From assembly GCA_963743305.1 (NCBI GenBank), contig CAVUPH010000014.1, forward strand, positions 416,001 to 480,000: DNA of 64,000 bases. Reading direction: 5' to 3'. Below the pieces are notes generated by a model. The model saw only the letters and a list, made by a program, of their open reading frames with translations. It was not told the DNA's origin and searched no databases. Positions 48,901-59,475 of this stretch are shown in pieces. The DNA comes from an uncultured delta proteobacterium (GTDB lineage Bacteria > Desulfobacterota > RBG-13-43-22). The translations under genes were made by a program, and so were the position numbers. The stretch's first letter is position 1. Every line of letters starts with the position of its first letter.

Positions 48901-49165
48901 TTACTGGCGGGGACTGCAAAAGCCCGTCCATTTCTTTCCGCACACTTCCTGGGTTTACGCCGAGGCCTTATGGAAAAAGAAAAAAAAGGAGGAGGCCTTG
49001 AAAATTTCCCGGATAGTCTGGGAAGGATCTGACTTCAACCGGGGAGAGGACCAGGACCCCTATTATCGGGTCTGCTTTGAACACCGGGACCCTTTGGATG
49101 AAGAATTCGAGACCCTGGCCGAGAATGTTTTTCTGCCGGTGCTGCAGTGCGAACGGAAGAGTTGA
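45926..49165 (+). CDS. recC: exodeoxyribonuclease V gamma subunit
   Basis: SNRLENLA, NPCREYWG, CHSPMREVEVL, PMRSIPFKVI. Confidence 0.95.
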   Translation: MMSGLTLYTSNRLENLADRLAEVLEAPLPSPLTPEIILVQSLGMEKWISLELARRLKICANMHFPFPNHFITGVFRQVLPELEETPLFNPEIMAWRLMKILPPLLKEKGFDALFLYLSEGPTDVKLFQLSRRVAELFDQYLLFRPEMIFLWEKGQEDHWQAVLWRNMVRGIENKHRAALQKTVLEKIRSSVFQPEILPKRMAVFGISALPFFHVEMLAALSRFMEVNLFLMNPCREYWGNLLTRRETQQVKEKAKGKQALTEYLHLMPGNSLLASLGRLGQDFFDMILNFEPREEDGPVDPGQKTLLNCLQQDILFLRERGAGDEGKKEIDPADLSIEIHSCHSPMREVEVLQDRLLSLFEAHPGLLPKDVMVMTPDIKTYAPYIQAVFSVPPEDPRWIPFSLADRGIRQESPLADLILGMLDLRGSRFGVSRVMAFLESPPVQRRYSLAEEDLELIRRWIEDTRIRWGIDRESRKILGLPDYPENTWGAGLERMLLGYALPRREDELFMGILPYDRIEGSEASVLGNFVHLANRLFALEKDLGEPRSLGAWGDYLTRVLDEFFSSDEETERDLLFFRRLLRQFGERQELSGFDEKINLEVIRSLLKSTLENEGFGTGFITGGVTFCAMLPMRSIPFKVIGLLGMNDDAYPRPTQSLGFDLLAKNPQPGDRSRRNDDRYLFLEVLLSARERLHISYVGQSIQDNNPRPPSVLVSELLDYLEAGYRISGKEIRGQIVRRHPLQAFSPEYFKKNPEGRFFSYSQENLEAARQAQNQLPEVSPFIAQGLPEPPLEWKTIEVGQLIRFFGNPSQFILNQRLGIYLEEGEAILEETEPFEVKGLDKYVLEQELVERGAENRSLPAAFSAVRAAGLLPHGRPGECFFQKTCRSIDDFLEILHPYREGGPLAPLEVDLALGGFRVVGRIEGLYPQGLIHFRYAKVKPKDRLRLWIRHLLVNRIGFPGYPDQARLFGQDKARTYPSVPDSDALLQELLELYWRGLQKPVHFFPHTSWVYAEALWKKKKKEEALKISRIVWEGSDFNRGEDQDPYYRVCFEHRDPLDEEFETLAENVFLPVLQCERKS

Positions 49166-52100
49166 CCTTGATCCCTCAAGACCTCAAAACCCCCGGTTTT
49201 GATCTCTTGAATAGTCCCCTGGAGGGAACCAACCTGATTGAAGCCGGGGCCGGCACGGGAAAGACCTATACCCTCACCGGCCTCTTTCTGCGACTGATCC
49301 TGGAGAGGCGGCTGCCGGTAAACGAGATCCTGGTGGTGACTTATACCGTAGCCGCCACCGAGGAATTGCGCGATCGGATCCGCCGCAAAATCCGAGAAGC
49401 CCTGGAGGCTTGTTCCGGCGGAACCAGCCCGGATTCGTTTTTGCAGAGTTTGCTCCTTAAAGTCCCGGACCGGGAAGAGGCGGCCGTCCTCCTGCACGCC
49501 GCCCTCCTGGATTTCGATGAGGCGGCTATTTTCACCATTCATGGCTTTTGCCAGCGGACGCTGCAGGAGAGCGCGTTTGAAAGCGGCAGCCTGTTTGATA
49601 CGGAATTGGAACCTGAAGAGGAAACCGAGCTGATAGCGGAAATCGTCCAGGATTTCTGGCGCCGGCACTTTTATGATGCTCCCCGGGAGTGGGTCCAGTA
49701 CGCCCTGAGCCTGAACCTCGGTCCGGTTACCTTCCTGGAGCTTTTGAAAAAAGGGCGGTTTCAGTCCGACTTGAAAATTATTCCCCGGACCGATCCGGTG
49801 GTTTTCACAACCCTGGAGCCTTTTCGCCGGGCCTATGTCGAATTGCGGAATGCTTGGCCGAAGGCTCGGGACGAGGTGGAACAGGCCTTCAGCGATCCGG
49901 CTTTGACCGCCGACTACAGGGATCAGGTAGCTGCCAGACTGAGTCTGATGGATGCCTTTTTAGAGGAAAACAGCCCGGTCTTTCCCCTGCCGGAAAAATT
50001 CGAAAAATTCACTTCCAGGGGTTTGGAGAAGAAAACCAGGAAAAAGTTGAAAACCCCGCGGCATCCCTATTTTCTATTGTGCGATGCCCTGAAACTGGCG
50101 GCCGAGGCGCTTCGCCTGGAAATGGACCGCCACTTGCTGTATCTAAAAGGGGCGGTTTTTCAGTTCCTGGGGCAGGAACTGCCGATTCGGAAGCAGCGGC
50201 GCAACATCCAATCGTTTGATGATCTCCTGATCCGCCTGCGCCGATCTCTGGAAAAGCCTGGGGGGGACGAACTGTCCCGAGAGGTCAGGAAACGATATCG
50301 GGCCGCCCTCATTGATGAGTTCCAGGACACGGATCCCGTCCAGTACGCTATCTTCAGGAATATTTTCGGACAAGGGGGCTCCATATTATTTATAATCGGC
50401 GACCCCAAGCAGGCCATTTACAGATTCCGGGGTGCCGACCTGTTTGCCTACCTGAAGGCTGCCGGTCGGGTGGATCGTCGCTACACCCTGGACCGGAACT
50501 GGCGTTCCGAACCGGGATTGATTGCCGCGGTCAATACGGTCTTCGGCTGCCGGGAAAACGCCTTTCTCTACCGGGAGATCCCCTTTGAACCTGCGGTAGC
50601 GGAGGAAGGGGGATCGCAGGCCTTTTTAACCATCCGGGGGAAAAGGGAACCGCCGCTGCACTTCTGGCAGGTTAATTCGGGCGATGGAGGCCTCATTAAT
50701 AAAGGGGAGGCCGAAGCCCTGATTCCCGGGGCGGTGGCCGGCGAAATCTCCCGCCTCCTGAGGCTCGGAAAGAATGGCGAAGCCCTCCTGGACAGCCGGC
50801 GGCTGCGCGAGGGAGATCTGGCGGTACTGGTGCGCACCAACCGGCAGGCCCGGCTGATGCAGACGGCCCTGGGCCGATTGAAAATCGCCAGTGTCCTTCA
50901 TACTACCGGAAATTTGTTTGACAGCTACGAGGCACAGGAGGTGCAGCGGGTACTGGACGGGATGGTTCATCCCCTTCGGGAGGGTCGGATCAGGGCGGCG
51001 CTGGCCACCAACCTGCTGGGAGTGACCGGGGAAACCCTGGAAAGGCTCACCCGCGATGAGGCCGGGTGGGAGGAGTGGCTTTCCCGATTCAGGGAATATT
51101 ACGACATAGGGGAAAAGAAGGGGTTTATCCGGATGTTCCGGTATTTTCTGCTTCGGGAAAAGGTCCGTTCTCGCTTGCTTGGCTTGCCTAACGGGGAGAG
51201 ACGGCTGACGAATGTGCTCCACCTTTCCGAGGTGCTCCACCAGAGAGTTGTTGAAGAAAAGCTAGGCCTGACCGGACTCTCAAAATGGCTGGCCAGGCAA
51301 TGCGACCCTGGTTCCCCGCGGCTGGAGGAACATCAGCTTCGGCTGGAAAGCGATGCCGAGGCCGTAAAAATCGTTACCATCCACAGGAGCAAGGGGTTGG
51401 AGTACCCGATCGTTTTTTGCCCCTTTAACTGGGATCCATCGAAGATTAAAAAGGGGGCCTTTAGTTTCCACGACCGCGAGGAAGACTGGAGGCTCAACCT
51501 GGTGCTGGACCCGAAGGCGGGGGGGGATCGCGATTTGGTCGAATTGGCCGCACAGGAGGAACTGGCAGAAAACCTGAGGCTGCTCTATGTGTCGCTGACC
51601 CGTGCCAAAAACCGCTGTTATCTCATTTGGGGAAGGTTTCGGGACGCGGAGACCTCCTCCCTGGCCTACCTGCTGGCTCCTCCCGGGGACACTGACGAAA
51701 ATATTGTCCAAAAAGTGGAAACCCATTTTCAGGCCAAGACCGATGTCAGGCTCCGGCAGGACTTGGACGGACTGGCCCGGAAATCCGAGGGAATGATCCG
51801 GGTAACCGAGCTGCCGAGAGTCCCGGGTGAGGAAGTTAGCCCGGATGAAATAGACTGGGATGAATTGAGCGGGAGGGTTTTCCGGGGGACTGTTTCCCGG
51901 GAATGGCAGATCGCCAGTTTTTCCCGACTGACCGTCGGGGTTAAAGAAACCTTTGATTCCCCGCAATCGGAAGACGCCTCCGCTGACCTGCCGGACCACG
52001 ACCAGGCCCAGGACGCCGAAGAACCGTTTTTGGATCCGGAGCCGTTCTCCATTTTTGCCTTTCCCCGGGGGGCCAAAGCGGGGACTCTGCTGCATGATCT

Positions 52101-52800
52101 TTTGGAAAATCTGGATTTCAGCGAAACAGACCCTCTGGTCATAATGAAATTGGTGGCGGATAAACTGGCAGAATACGGGTTTGATCCGAAGTGGCAGGAT
52201 ACGGTCGTCGGCTTAATCGGCCGGGTGCTGAAGGCGCCGCTCCCCTCCCCTTTCGGGAGCTTCAGCCTGGGGCAGATCTCCCGGGCCGAGCGTCTCAGTG
52301 AGCTCGAATTTAATTTTCCCCTTCAGCGGGTAACCCCCCAGGGGCTGGCAAAAATTTTTGCCGATCACGGGGGGATAGGGCTGTCGGCCGGATTTTCCAC
52401 CCGGCTTGAAAACCTAGATTTTCAACCGGCCCGAGGGTTCATGAAAGGTTTCATCGACCTGGTTTTTCAATTCCAGGGGCGCTATTACCTGGTGGACTGG
52501 AAATCAAACTTTCTGGGGGGGAGAGCGAAAGACTACCACCGGGAGAACCTGGTTCGGACCATGGAGGACCATTTTTACCGCCTGCAGTTAAATCTCTACG
52601 TGCTGGCCCTGCACCGTTATTTAAAATACCGGCTCCCCGGGTATCGCTATGCAGAACATTTCGGCGGTGCCTTTTATCTCTTTCTGCGGGGCATAAACCT
52701 GGAGGAAGAAAAGGGATTCGGGATCTACTCTGAATCGCCGCGGGAGGGGCTGATTGAGGTCCTGAGCCAAAGCCTGATCGGGGAGGAGGCCGCTTCATGA
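49147..52800 (+). CDS. recB: exodeoxyribonuclease V beta subunit
   Basis: EAGAGTGKT, DEFQDTD, GDPKQAIY, TIHRSKGLEY, nuclease GFIDL...DWKSN. Confidence 0.96.
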   Translation: MRTEELTLIPQDLKTPGFDLLNSPLEGTNLIEAGAGTGKTYTLTGLFLRLILERRLPVNEILVVTYTVAATEELRDRIRRKIREALEACSGGTSPDSFLQSLLLKVPDREEAAVLLHAALLDFDEAAIFTIHGFCQRTLQESAFESGSLFDTELEPEEETELIAEIVQDFWRRHFYDAPREWVQYALSLNLGPVTFLELLKKGRFQSDLKIIPRTDPVVFTTLEPFRRAYVELRNAWPKARDEVEQAFSDPALTADYRDQVAARLSLMDAFLEENSPVFPLPEKFEKFTSRGLEKKTRKKLKTPRHPYFLLCDALKLAAEALRLEMDRHLLYLKGAVFQFLGQELPIRKQRRNIQSFDDLLIRLRRSLEKPGGDELSREVRKRYRAALIDEFQDTDPVQYAIFRNIFGQGGSILFIIGDPKQAIYRFRGADLFAYLKAAGRVDRRYTLDRNWRSEPGLIAAVNTVFGCRENAFLYREIPFEPAVAEEGGSQAFLTIRGKREPPLHFWQVNSGDGGLINKGEAEALIPGAVAGEISRLLRLGKNGEALLDSRRLREGDLAVLVRTNRQARLMQTALGRLKIASVLHTTGNLFDSYEAQEVQRVLDGMVHPLREGRIRAALATNLLGVTGETLERLTRDEAGWEEWLSRFREYYDIGEKKGFIRMFRYFLLREKVRSRLLGLPNGERRLTNVLHLSEVLHQRVVEEKLGLTGLSKWLARQCDPGSPRLEEHQLRLESDAEAVKIVTIHRSKGLEYPIVFCPFNWDPSKIKKGAFSFHDREEDWRLNLVLDPKAGGDRDLVELAAQEELAENLRLLYVSLTRAKNRCYLIWGRFRDAETSSLAYLLAPPGDTDENIVQKVETHFQAKTDVRLRQDLDGLARKSEGMIRVTELPRVPGEEVSPDEIDWDELSGRVFRGTVSREWQIASFSRLTVGVKETFDSPQSEDASADLPDHDQAQDAEEPFLDPEPFSIFAFPRGAKAGTLLHDLLENLDFSETDPLVIMKLVADKLAEYGFDPKWQDTVVGLIGRVLKAPLPSPFGSFSLGQISRAERLSELEFNFPLQRVTPQGLAKIFADHGGIGLSAGFSTRLENLDFQPARGFMKGFIDLVFQFQGRYYLVDWKSNFLGGRAKDYHRENLVRTMEDHFYRLQLNLYVLALHRYLKYRLPGYRYAEHFGGAFYLFLRGINLEEEKGFGIYSESPREGLIEVLSQSLIGEEAAS

Positions 52801-54638
52801 AGCCCTCCTGGACGGCCGCTTTTTTGGAAAGAAAAATCCTTTCGCCGCTGGATGTCCATTTTGCCGGGCTGATGACTCGACTTGCCGGGACCGCAAGCGA
52901 AGCCCTCTTCCTGGCTGCCGCCCTGGTCAGCCATTACCAGGGGCTGGGGCATGTCTGCTTCGATCTCTCCGGTCTGGCCGGGAAGATGCTACTGGAGGAC
53001 GCACCGGATTCCCCGGCCTGCCCCCCCTTGGAGCGCTGGGTTCAAGGGCTGAAAAAGGAAGGGGTGGTGGGGAGGCCGGGGGATTATAAACCCCTGATCC
53101 TAAATGGTCCCCGCCTTTATTTGTTCCGCTACTGGGAGTATGAACGAAAACTGATCGATTTCCTGAAGGAACGAACCGCTGAAGAGGCTTTCCCGGCAAA
53201 TGAAGCTTCCCTCCGGGACGGGCTGGCCCGACTTTTTCCTTCCCTAGACCCCGGAGAGACGGATTGGCAAAAGGTGGCTGCCCTGGCTTCGGCCTGGAAA
53301 AGGTTCTGCGTAATCTCCGGGGGCCCGGGGACCGGGAAGACCTTTACGGTGGCCAAGATCCTGGCGCTTCTCCTGGAGCAAAATAGTCCCGGGAGGCTGC
53401 GGATAGCCCTGGCGGCCCCCACCGGAAAGGCCGCCGCCCGGGTGCAGGAAGCCCTAAAAAAGGCTCGAGAGCTATTGGAATGTACGGAGGCGGTTAAAGC
53501 CGCCCTGCCCCTAGAGGCCTTTACCCTTCACCGCCTATTGAAGCCTATCCCGGCGACTCCCTATTTCCGCTACGATTCGAAAAACCCCCTGCCCTTTGAG
53601 GTAGTGGTCATCGATGAGGCCTCGATGGTGGACCTGGCCCTATTGTCCAAGCTGGTCCAGGCCCTCCCCCCGCTATCCAAATTGATCCTGCTGGGGGATA
53701 AGGATCAATTGGCCTCGGTCGAGGCTGGGGCCGTATTGGGAGATATTTGCGGCTTAGAAAATAAATACGGATTTTCGAGAGATTTCCGTGATGCCTATCA
53801 AAGAATTGTCGGGGAGAGGCTGGGGGGCGGGGCAGAGGAGGACCGCGGAACCGGGATGAGGGACGTTATCATTCCGCTCAAAAAAAGTTACCGCTTCGGG
53901 TCCTCAAGCGGGATTGGGGCCGTGAGTCGAGCTGTAAATGAAGGAGATGGCGCCGGCGCCTATGATCTGCTGAGAGCCAGCAACGCCGCTGATATCCGCT
54001 GGGGGGACCTTCCCAGCCCCGAAGCCCTGGGGGCGAGGCTAAAAGATCTGGCGGTAAGGGAGCTTTCGGGGTATTTTCAGCCGAACCGGGCCGAGAATAT
54101 TTTCGAATTGTTCAGCAGATTCCGGATCCTCTGCGCCCTGCGGGAAGGCCCTTATGGGGTCCAGGCGCTGAACCGGCTGATGGAGCAGCTTTTGCGGCAG
54201 GAAGGCCTGATCCGCCAGATAGGCCGCTGGTATCCCGGCCGGCCGGTCATGGTCACTAAAAATGACTACCAGTTAAGGCTTTTCAACGGGGATATGGGGA
54301 TTACCTTGCCGGACCCTGACGGAAATCATGAGCTCAGAGTCTTTTTTCCCTCCCCGGAAGGCGGAGTTCGAAAATTTCCTCCCCGCCGGCTCCCGGAACA
54401 TGAGAACGTTTATGCCATGACGGTGCACAAAAGCCAGGGGTCGGAATTCGACCGGGTCCTCCTGATTCTGCCGGACCGGGATGTCCCGGTGTTGACCCGG
54501 GAATTGATTTACACCGGGATCACCCGGGCCCGGGAGCAGATGGAAATATGGGGGAAGAAAACGACTTTTTTGCGGGCGGTATCCCGCCGCATCGAGCGCT
54601 CCTCCGGACTCCGTGAAGCCCTCTGGGGGGAAGATTGA
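52797..54638 (+). CDS. recD: exodeoxyribonuclease V alpha subunit
   Basis: GGPGTGKT, DEASM, GDKDQL, TVHKSQGSEF. Confidence 0.96.
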   Translation: MKPSWTAAFLERKILSPLDVHFAGLMTRLAGTASEALFLAAALVSHYQGLGHVCFDLSGLAGKMLLEDAPDSPACPPLERWVQGLKKEGVVGRPGDYKPLILNGPRLYLFRYWEYERKLIDFLKERTAEEAFPANEASLRDGLARLFPSLDPGETDWQKVAALASAWKRFCVISGGPGTGKTFTVAKILALLLEQNSPGRLRIALAAPTGKAAARVQEALKKARELLECTEAVKAALPLEAFTLHRLLKPIPATPYFRYDSKNPLPFEVVVIDEASMVDLALLSKLVQALPPLSKLILLGDKDQLASVEAGAVLGDICGLENKYGFSRDFRDAYQRIVGERLGGGAEEDRGTGMRDVIIPLKKSYRFGSSSGIGAVSRAVNEGDGAGAYDLLRASNAADIRWGDLPSPEALGARLKDLAVRELSGYFQPNRAENIFELFSRFRILCALREGPYGVQALNRLMEQLLRQEGLIRQIGRWYPGRPVMVTKNDYQLRLFNGDMGITLPDPDGNHELRVFFPSPEGGVRKFPPRRLPEHENVYAMTVHKSQGSEFDRVLLILPDRDVPVLTRELIYTGITRAREQMEIWGKKTTFLRAVSRRIERSSGLREALWGED

Positions 54639-54683
54639 GTCCACTGATGACTTTCATACGAAAAAGGAAAACCTTCCGCTTTT

Positions 54684-56150
54684 TTACCGTTTCCGGCCGC
54701 TGCCGAAGAGGGACCCCAGAACCCCCCGGATGATTTGCCGACCGATCTGGCTGCCGATGGCGTGGGCCGCGCTCTGGGCCATGGCCCCCAGCATTTTTGA
54801 AACCTGAGAGGATTCTCCCTGGGGACGAACTTTGGCCGCGGCCGCCTCCAGTTCCTCGTTTTGTCGCTTTACTGCCCGCTCCTTCAATTTTTCATAAGCC
54901 GATTCTCGGTCCACATCCCGGTCATACTGCCCGTAGAGCACGGACCCACGGATGATTTGGGTCCGCTCCTCCGGGCTCAAAGGGGTTAATCGGCTTCGGG
55001 GGGGAAGAATCAGCGCCCTTTCCACCGGCGTAGGCGCACCCTTCCGGTCCAGGACCGATATCAGGGCCTCGCCCACTTTGAGTTCGGTGATGGCCTGAAA
55101 AACGTCAAGGGGTGGATTGATCCGGAAAGTCTCGGCGGCCGCCTTGACGGTTTTCTGGTCCTTGGGGGTAAAGGCCCGGAGGGCATGCTGCACCCGATGG
55201 CCCAACTGACCCAGCACCGCTTCGGGGATATCCAGGGGGTTCTGGGTCACAAAGTAAATACCCACTCCCTTGGACCGGATCAGACGCACCACCTGCTCGA
55301 TTTTGTCCTGGAGGGCTTTGGGTATATCTTCAAAAAGCAGGTGGGCCTCGTCAAAAAAGAAAACCAATCGGGGTTTCTCGGGATCGCCCACCTCCGGAAG
55401 CTGTTCAAAAAGTTCGGACATCAGCCAGAGCAGCAGCGTGGCATAAACCTTGGGGGAGCGCATCAAACGGTCGGCGCTCAGGACATTGATGATCCCCTTA
55501 CCGGAACCCTCCGTTTGGATAAAGTCCTGGATGTTCAGGGCCGGCTCGCCGAAAAATCGGGCGCCGCCTTCCTGCTCCAGGGTCAGCAGGCCCCGTTGAA
55601 TGGCCCCGACGCTGGCCTTGGAGATATTCCCGTATTGCGTCGTGAACCGTTCCGCCTGATCCCCCGCGAATTGCATCATGGCCTGCAGGTCGTTTAGATC
55701 CAGGAGCAGCAGGCCGTCATCATCGGCGATTTTAAAGGTTATATTCAGAACGCCGCTTTGGGTTTCGTTCAGGTTCAGGATCCGGCTTAGCAGTAACGGC
55801 CCCATCTCCGAAATCGTGGTCCGGAGAGGATGGCCTTGTTCCCCGAAGACATCCCAAAAAACTACCGGATTCCCTTCAAAGGCAAAGCCTTTGAGACCCA
55901 ACTGCTGGACCCGCTCCGCCACCTTGGGGTTTTCTCCTCCGGGCAACGGCAGTCCGGAGAGGTCGCCTTTGATATCGGCCAGAAAAACGGGAACGCCGAT
56001 CCGGCTGAAGGCCTCGGCCAGGACCCGCAAAGTCACGGTTTTGCCGGTGCCCGTGGCTCCGGCGATGAGGCCGTGGCGATTGGCCATTTCGGCCAAGATG
56101 GCGATCTCCTCCCGGGCCTGGGCTACGGGCAGGGATAATGGTTCAGTCAT
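54684..56150 (-). CDS. HerA-like P-loop ATPase (DUF853/YjgR family)
   Basis: [40 protein letters not shown]. Confidence 0.88.
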   Translation of the reverse strand: MTEPLSLPVAQAREEIAILAEMANRHGLIAGATGTGKTVTLRVLAEAFSRIGVPVFLADIKGDLSGLPLPGGENPKVAERVQQLGLKGFAFEGNPVVFWDVFGEQGHPLRTTISEMGPLLLSRILNLNETQSGVLNITFKIADDDGLLLLDLNDLQAMMQFAGDQAERFTTQYGNISKASVGAIQRGLLTLEQEGGARFFGEPALNIQDFIQTEGSGKGIINVLSADRLMRSPKVYATLLLWLMSELFEQLPEVGDPEKPRLVFFFDEAHLLFEDIPKALQDKIEQVVRLIRSKGVGIYFVTQNPLDIPEAVLGQLGHRVQHALRAFTPKDQKTVKAAAETFRINPPLDVFQAITELKVGEALISVLDRKGAPTPVERALILPPRSRLTPLSPEERTQIIRGSVLYGQYDRDVDRESAYEKLKERAVKRQNEELEAAAAKVRPQGESSQVSKMLGAMAQSAAHAIGSQIGRQIIRGVLGSLFGSGRKR

Positions 56151-56447
56151 CTCAGGTCTCCTTCTGCTATCCGGGATGAGTTCACTATAGGAAGTTGTCG
56201 GCTCTCTTGTCAACCTTCCTGAAAAGAGGGGGCGACAGTAGGGGACCGAGGGCCGACTCGAACTGGAAACAACAATTTTCCGTCCCGGGAAAAGTGCAAA
56301 TGGAGTATTTCATTTTCTCCTTGCTCATCGGGCCGTTTTCATTTTATATTTTAGGATAATGCGATCAGCCCAATAAACAGGACGGGACCGGGGAATATTG
56401 ACCGGGGGGGATAATTAATCACCAAACACGGTACCAGGGAGAAAACA

Positions 56448-59219
56448 ATGGCAAAATCTTCGGCCCGAGGGAAGAATGAAAAACAGTGGGTTTATTTGTT
56501 TGATAACCTGGAGGCGGTGGAGGCCTATCTGCAGCCCAAGAGCTGGGATGAAGTGAAAGGTCTATTGGGCGGAAAGGGAGCCAACCTGTTTGAGATGACC
56601 CGCCTGGGCCTTCCGGTTCCGCCCGGATTTACCGTCACCACCAAGGCCTGCAACGCCTATTTGGACCACGAGCGGAAGTTCCCTCCCGGCCTCTGGGAAC
56701 AGGAGATGGCCGCTCTGCGCCATCTGGAGGAAAAAACCGGTAAACGCTTCGGGGATCCGACCCGCCCGCTTTTTGTTTCCTGCCGCTCCGGCGCCAAGTT
56801 TTCCATGCCCGGCATGATGGATACCGTACTCAATATCGGTCTCAACGATGAAACCGCCCAAGGTCTGGTGGCGTTGACCAATGACCCGCGTTTTGTGTTT
56901 GACTCCTACCGGCGGCTGGTCCAGATGTTCGGGGTCGTGGTCCTGGGCGTTCCGGATGAACCGTTTGAAGTTTTTATTGAAAAAATGAAAAAGAGTCGGG
57001 GAGTACGGTTGGATGTGGAGTTGGAGGCCGAAGACTGGCTGCGCATTACCGCGCACTTTAAAGGTCAGATCATGTCCTATACCGGCCGGGAATTTCCCCA
57101 GGATCCCAGCGAGCAATTGGAAATGGCCACTCGGGCCGTATTCAACAGTTGGTTCGGCAAGCGGGCCGTGGATTACCGCAACGCGACCGGTATCCGCCAC
57201 GACCTGGGCACCGCCGTCAATATTCAGGTGGTAGTCTTTGGCAACATGGGTGAGGACAGCGGAACCGGCGTGGCCTTCACCCGGAATCCGGTCAACGGGA
57301 ACAAGGAACTCTATGGCGATTATTTGCTCAACGCCCAGGGCGAAGATGTGGTGGCCGGCATCCGCAACACCTCGTCCATACAAAACCTCCAGCGGGACAT
57401 GCCGGAGGCCTTCGCTGAGTTCGCCGCTATTTGTGAAAAGCTGGAGAGCCATTTCCATGAAATGCAGGACGTGGAGTTCACGATTGAAAACCGCAAACTC
57501 TGGATGCTGCAGACCCGGGACGGCAAACGCACCGCCCGGGCGGCCATCAAAATTGCCGTGGATATGGTCGAGGAAGGCCTGATCGACAAGAAAAAAGCGA
57601 TCCTGCGCGTCAATCCCGAACAGGTGGACATGCTGCTCCACCCGCAGTTCAGCGCCGTCGCCAAGGAGCAGGCCCGGGTCGAGGGACGGCGACTGGTCCA
57701 AAAGGCCGTCAATGCCAGCCCCGGCGCCGCCGTGGGCCAGGCTGTCTTTGATGCCGATACGGCGGAAAAATGGGGTAAGGAAGGCAAGGCGGTGATCATG
57801 GTTCGGCCGGAAACCAAGCCGGACGATGTCCACGGCATGATCGCTTCCAAAGGCATTCTTACCAGCCACGGCGGGGCGACCAGTCATGCCGCCGTGGTGG
57901 CTCGCCAATTCGGGACCCCGGCGGTCTGCGGGGCCGATGTGTTGACTATCGATGTGGAGCACCGGTTATTCACGGTCAAGAAAGAATCCACCATCGAAGT
58001 GCGGGAAGGGGACTGGATCAGCATCGACGGGGGGACCGGCGAGGTCTTCCTGGGCCAACTGGAAACCCAGGACCCGGATTTCGAACGCGAAACCGATCTG
58101 AACGTGCTGCTGACCTGGGCCGATGAAGTTCGCCGCCTGGGTGTCTGGGCCAACGCCGATTATCCCAAGGACGCCGAACGGGCCCGCCGCTATGGCGCCG
58201 AGGGCATTGGCCTCTGCCGGACAGAGCATATGTTCTTCGAGGAAGACCGACTGCCTATCGTCCAGGAGATGATCATGGCCACCAGCCGCGGGCGCCGGGT
58301 TCCCGCCCTGGCCAGACTGTTGCCCATGCAACGAAGCGATTTCGAAGGACTTTTCAAAGCCATGGACGGCCATCCAGTGATCATCCGGCTGCTCGACCCG
58401 CCGCTGCACGAGTTTCTGCCTGCCTACGACACCCTGGTACAGGATCTGGCCGATCTGAAGGTCCGCATCCAGCACTATCATACCTTGAACGAGATCGACC
58501 AAGCCTTGGCTGAGCTGCGTCAGAAGGAAGATATCCTCAACCGGGTCGAGGCCCTGAAGGAATCCAATCCCATGCTCGGCCTGCGCGGCGACCGCTTGAG
58601 CGTGGTCATGCCGGAGATTTCCGAAATGCAGATCCGGGCCATCCTGGAAGCGGCCGTGTGGGTTAAGCGCGACGGCGTGGATGTCCATCCGGAAATCATG
58701 ATCCCCCTGGCCAGTCACGTCAATGAATTGAAATTCATCAGGAAAATCGTGGATGCCACCGCCAAGGCCGTCTTTGAAGAAACGGGCCTGAGCGTCGATT
58801 TCAGATACGGCACCATGATCGAGGTGCCGCGCGCCGCCCTGACGGCCGACGAAATGGCCGGGGAAGCGGAATTTTTCAGTTTCGGGACCAACGACCTGAC
58901 CCAGACCACCTTCGGCATCAGCCGGGACGACGCCGAGGCCAAATTCCTCATCAAATATGTGGAGGATGGAATCCTGCCCCAGAACCCCTTTCAGCAATTG
59001 GACATCCAGGGCGTCGGCAAGCTGATCGAGATGGCGGTGGCCGGTGGACGACGGGTGCGGCCGGACCTGCAGGTGGGCATCTGCGGTGAACACGGCGGCG
59101 ATCCCCAAAGCATCGCCTTCTGCCACCGGATGGGACTGAACTATGTGAGCTGCAGTCCCTTCCGGGTACCCATCGCCCGTCTGGCGGCGGCCCACGCGGC
59201 CCTCAAAGAAGGGACCTAA
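56448..59219 (+). CDS. ppdK: pyruvate, phosphate dikinase
   Basis: GGKGANL, SMPGMMDT, TSHAAVVAR phospho-His motif, GTNDLTQ, GICGEHGG. Confidence 0.97.
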   Translation: MAKSSARGKNEKQWVYLFDNLEAVEAYLQPKSWDEVKGLLGGKGANLFEMTRLGLPVPPGFTVTTKACNAYLDHERKFPPGLWEQEMAALRHLEEKTGKRFGDPTRPLFVSCRSGAKFSMPGMMDTVLNIGLNDETAQGLVALTNDPRFVFDSYRRLVQMFGVVVLGVPDEPFEVFIEKMKKSRGVRLDVELEAEDWLRITAHFKGQIMSYTGREFPQDPSEQLEMATRAVFNSWFGKRAVDYRNATGIRHDLGTAVNIQVVVFGNMGEDSGTGVAFTRNPVNGNKELYGDYLLNAQGEDVVAGIRNTSSIQNLQRDMPEAFAEFAAICEKLESHFHEMQDVEFTIENRKLWMLQTRDGKRTARAAIKIAVDMVEEGLIDKKKAILRVNPEQVDMLLHPQFSAVAKEQARVEGRRLVQKAVNASPGAAVGQAVFDADTAEKWGKEGKAVIMVRPETKPDDVHGMIASKGILTSHGGATSHAAVVARQFGTPAVCGADVLTIDVEHRLFTVKKESTIEVREGDWISIDGGTGEVFLGQLETQDPDFERETDLNVLLTWADEVRRLGVWANADYPKDAERARRYGAEGIGLCRTEHMFFEEDRLPIVQEMIMATSRGRRVPALARLLPMQRSDFEGLFKAMDGHPVIIRLLDPPLHEFLPAYDTLVQDLADLKVRIQHYHTLNEIDQALAELRQKEDILNRVEALKESNPMLGLRGDRLSVVMPEISEMQIRAILEAAVWVKRDGVDVHPEIMIPLASHVNELKFIRKIVDATAKAVFEETGLSVDFRYGTMIEVPRAALTADEMAGEAEFFSFGTNDLTQTTFGISRDDAEAKFLIKYVEDGILPQNPFQQLDIQGVGKLIEMAVAGGRRVRPDLQVGICGEHGGDPQSIAFCHRMGLNYVSCSPFRVPIARLAAAHAALKEGT

Positions 59220-59248
59220 AGGATAGCCATTGAAAAAAGCCTGTATCG

Positions 59249-59405
59249 ATGGATAAGGACAACGACACCCACCTGAAGACCGTCGGCTACATCCTCTGGC
59301 TCTTTGGCTTTACCGGCGCGCATCGTTTTTATTTCGGCAAGCCGCTTTGGGATACTTGTATGACCTTTGGACCTTGAACGACCAAGTTCACGAAATCAAC
59401 AACGC
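59249..59405 (+). pseudogene. TM2/NINE domain protein remnant with internal deletion
   Basis: TVGYILWLFGFTGAHRFYFGKP joined out of frame to LYDLWTLNDQV. Confidence 0.6.
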
Positions 59406-59475
59406 CCTGGCGCAAACCTATTGATTTTAAAGCTACGCCCCGACCGAATGGGCCTCGTTTTTCTGCTTAAGGGAT

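Noticed and set aside
54684-56150. HerA-like ATPase next to recBCD as a defence system
   Set aside because: It belongs to the widespread DUF853/YjgR family, has no partner nuclease or Sir2 gene, and is convergent to recD
56562-59195. Long antisense ORFs over ppdK
   Set aside because: Shadow ORFs opposite a highly conserved gene
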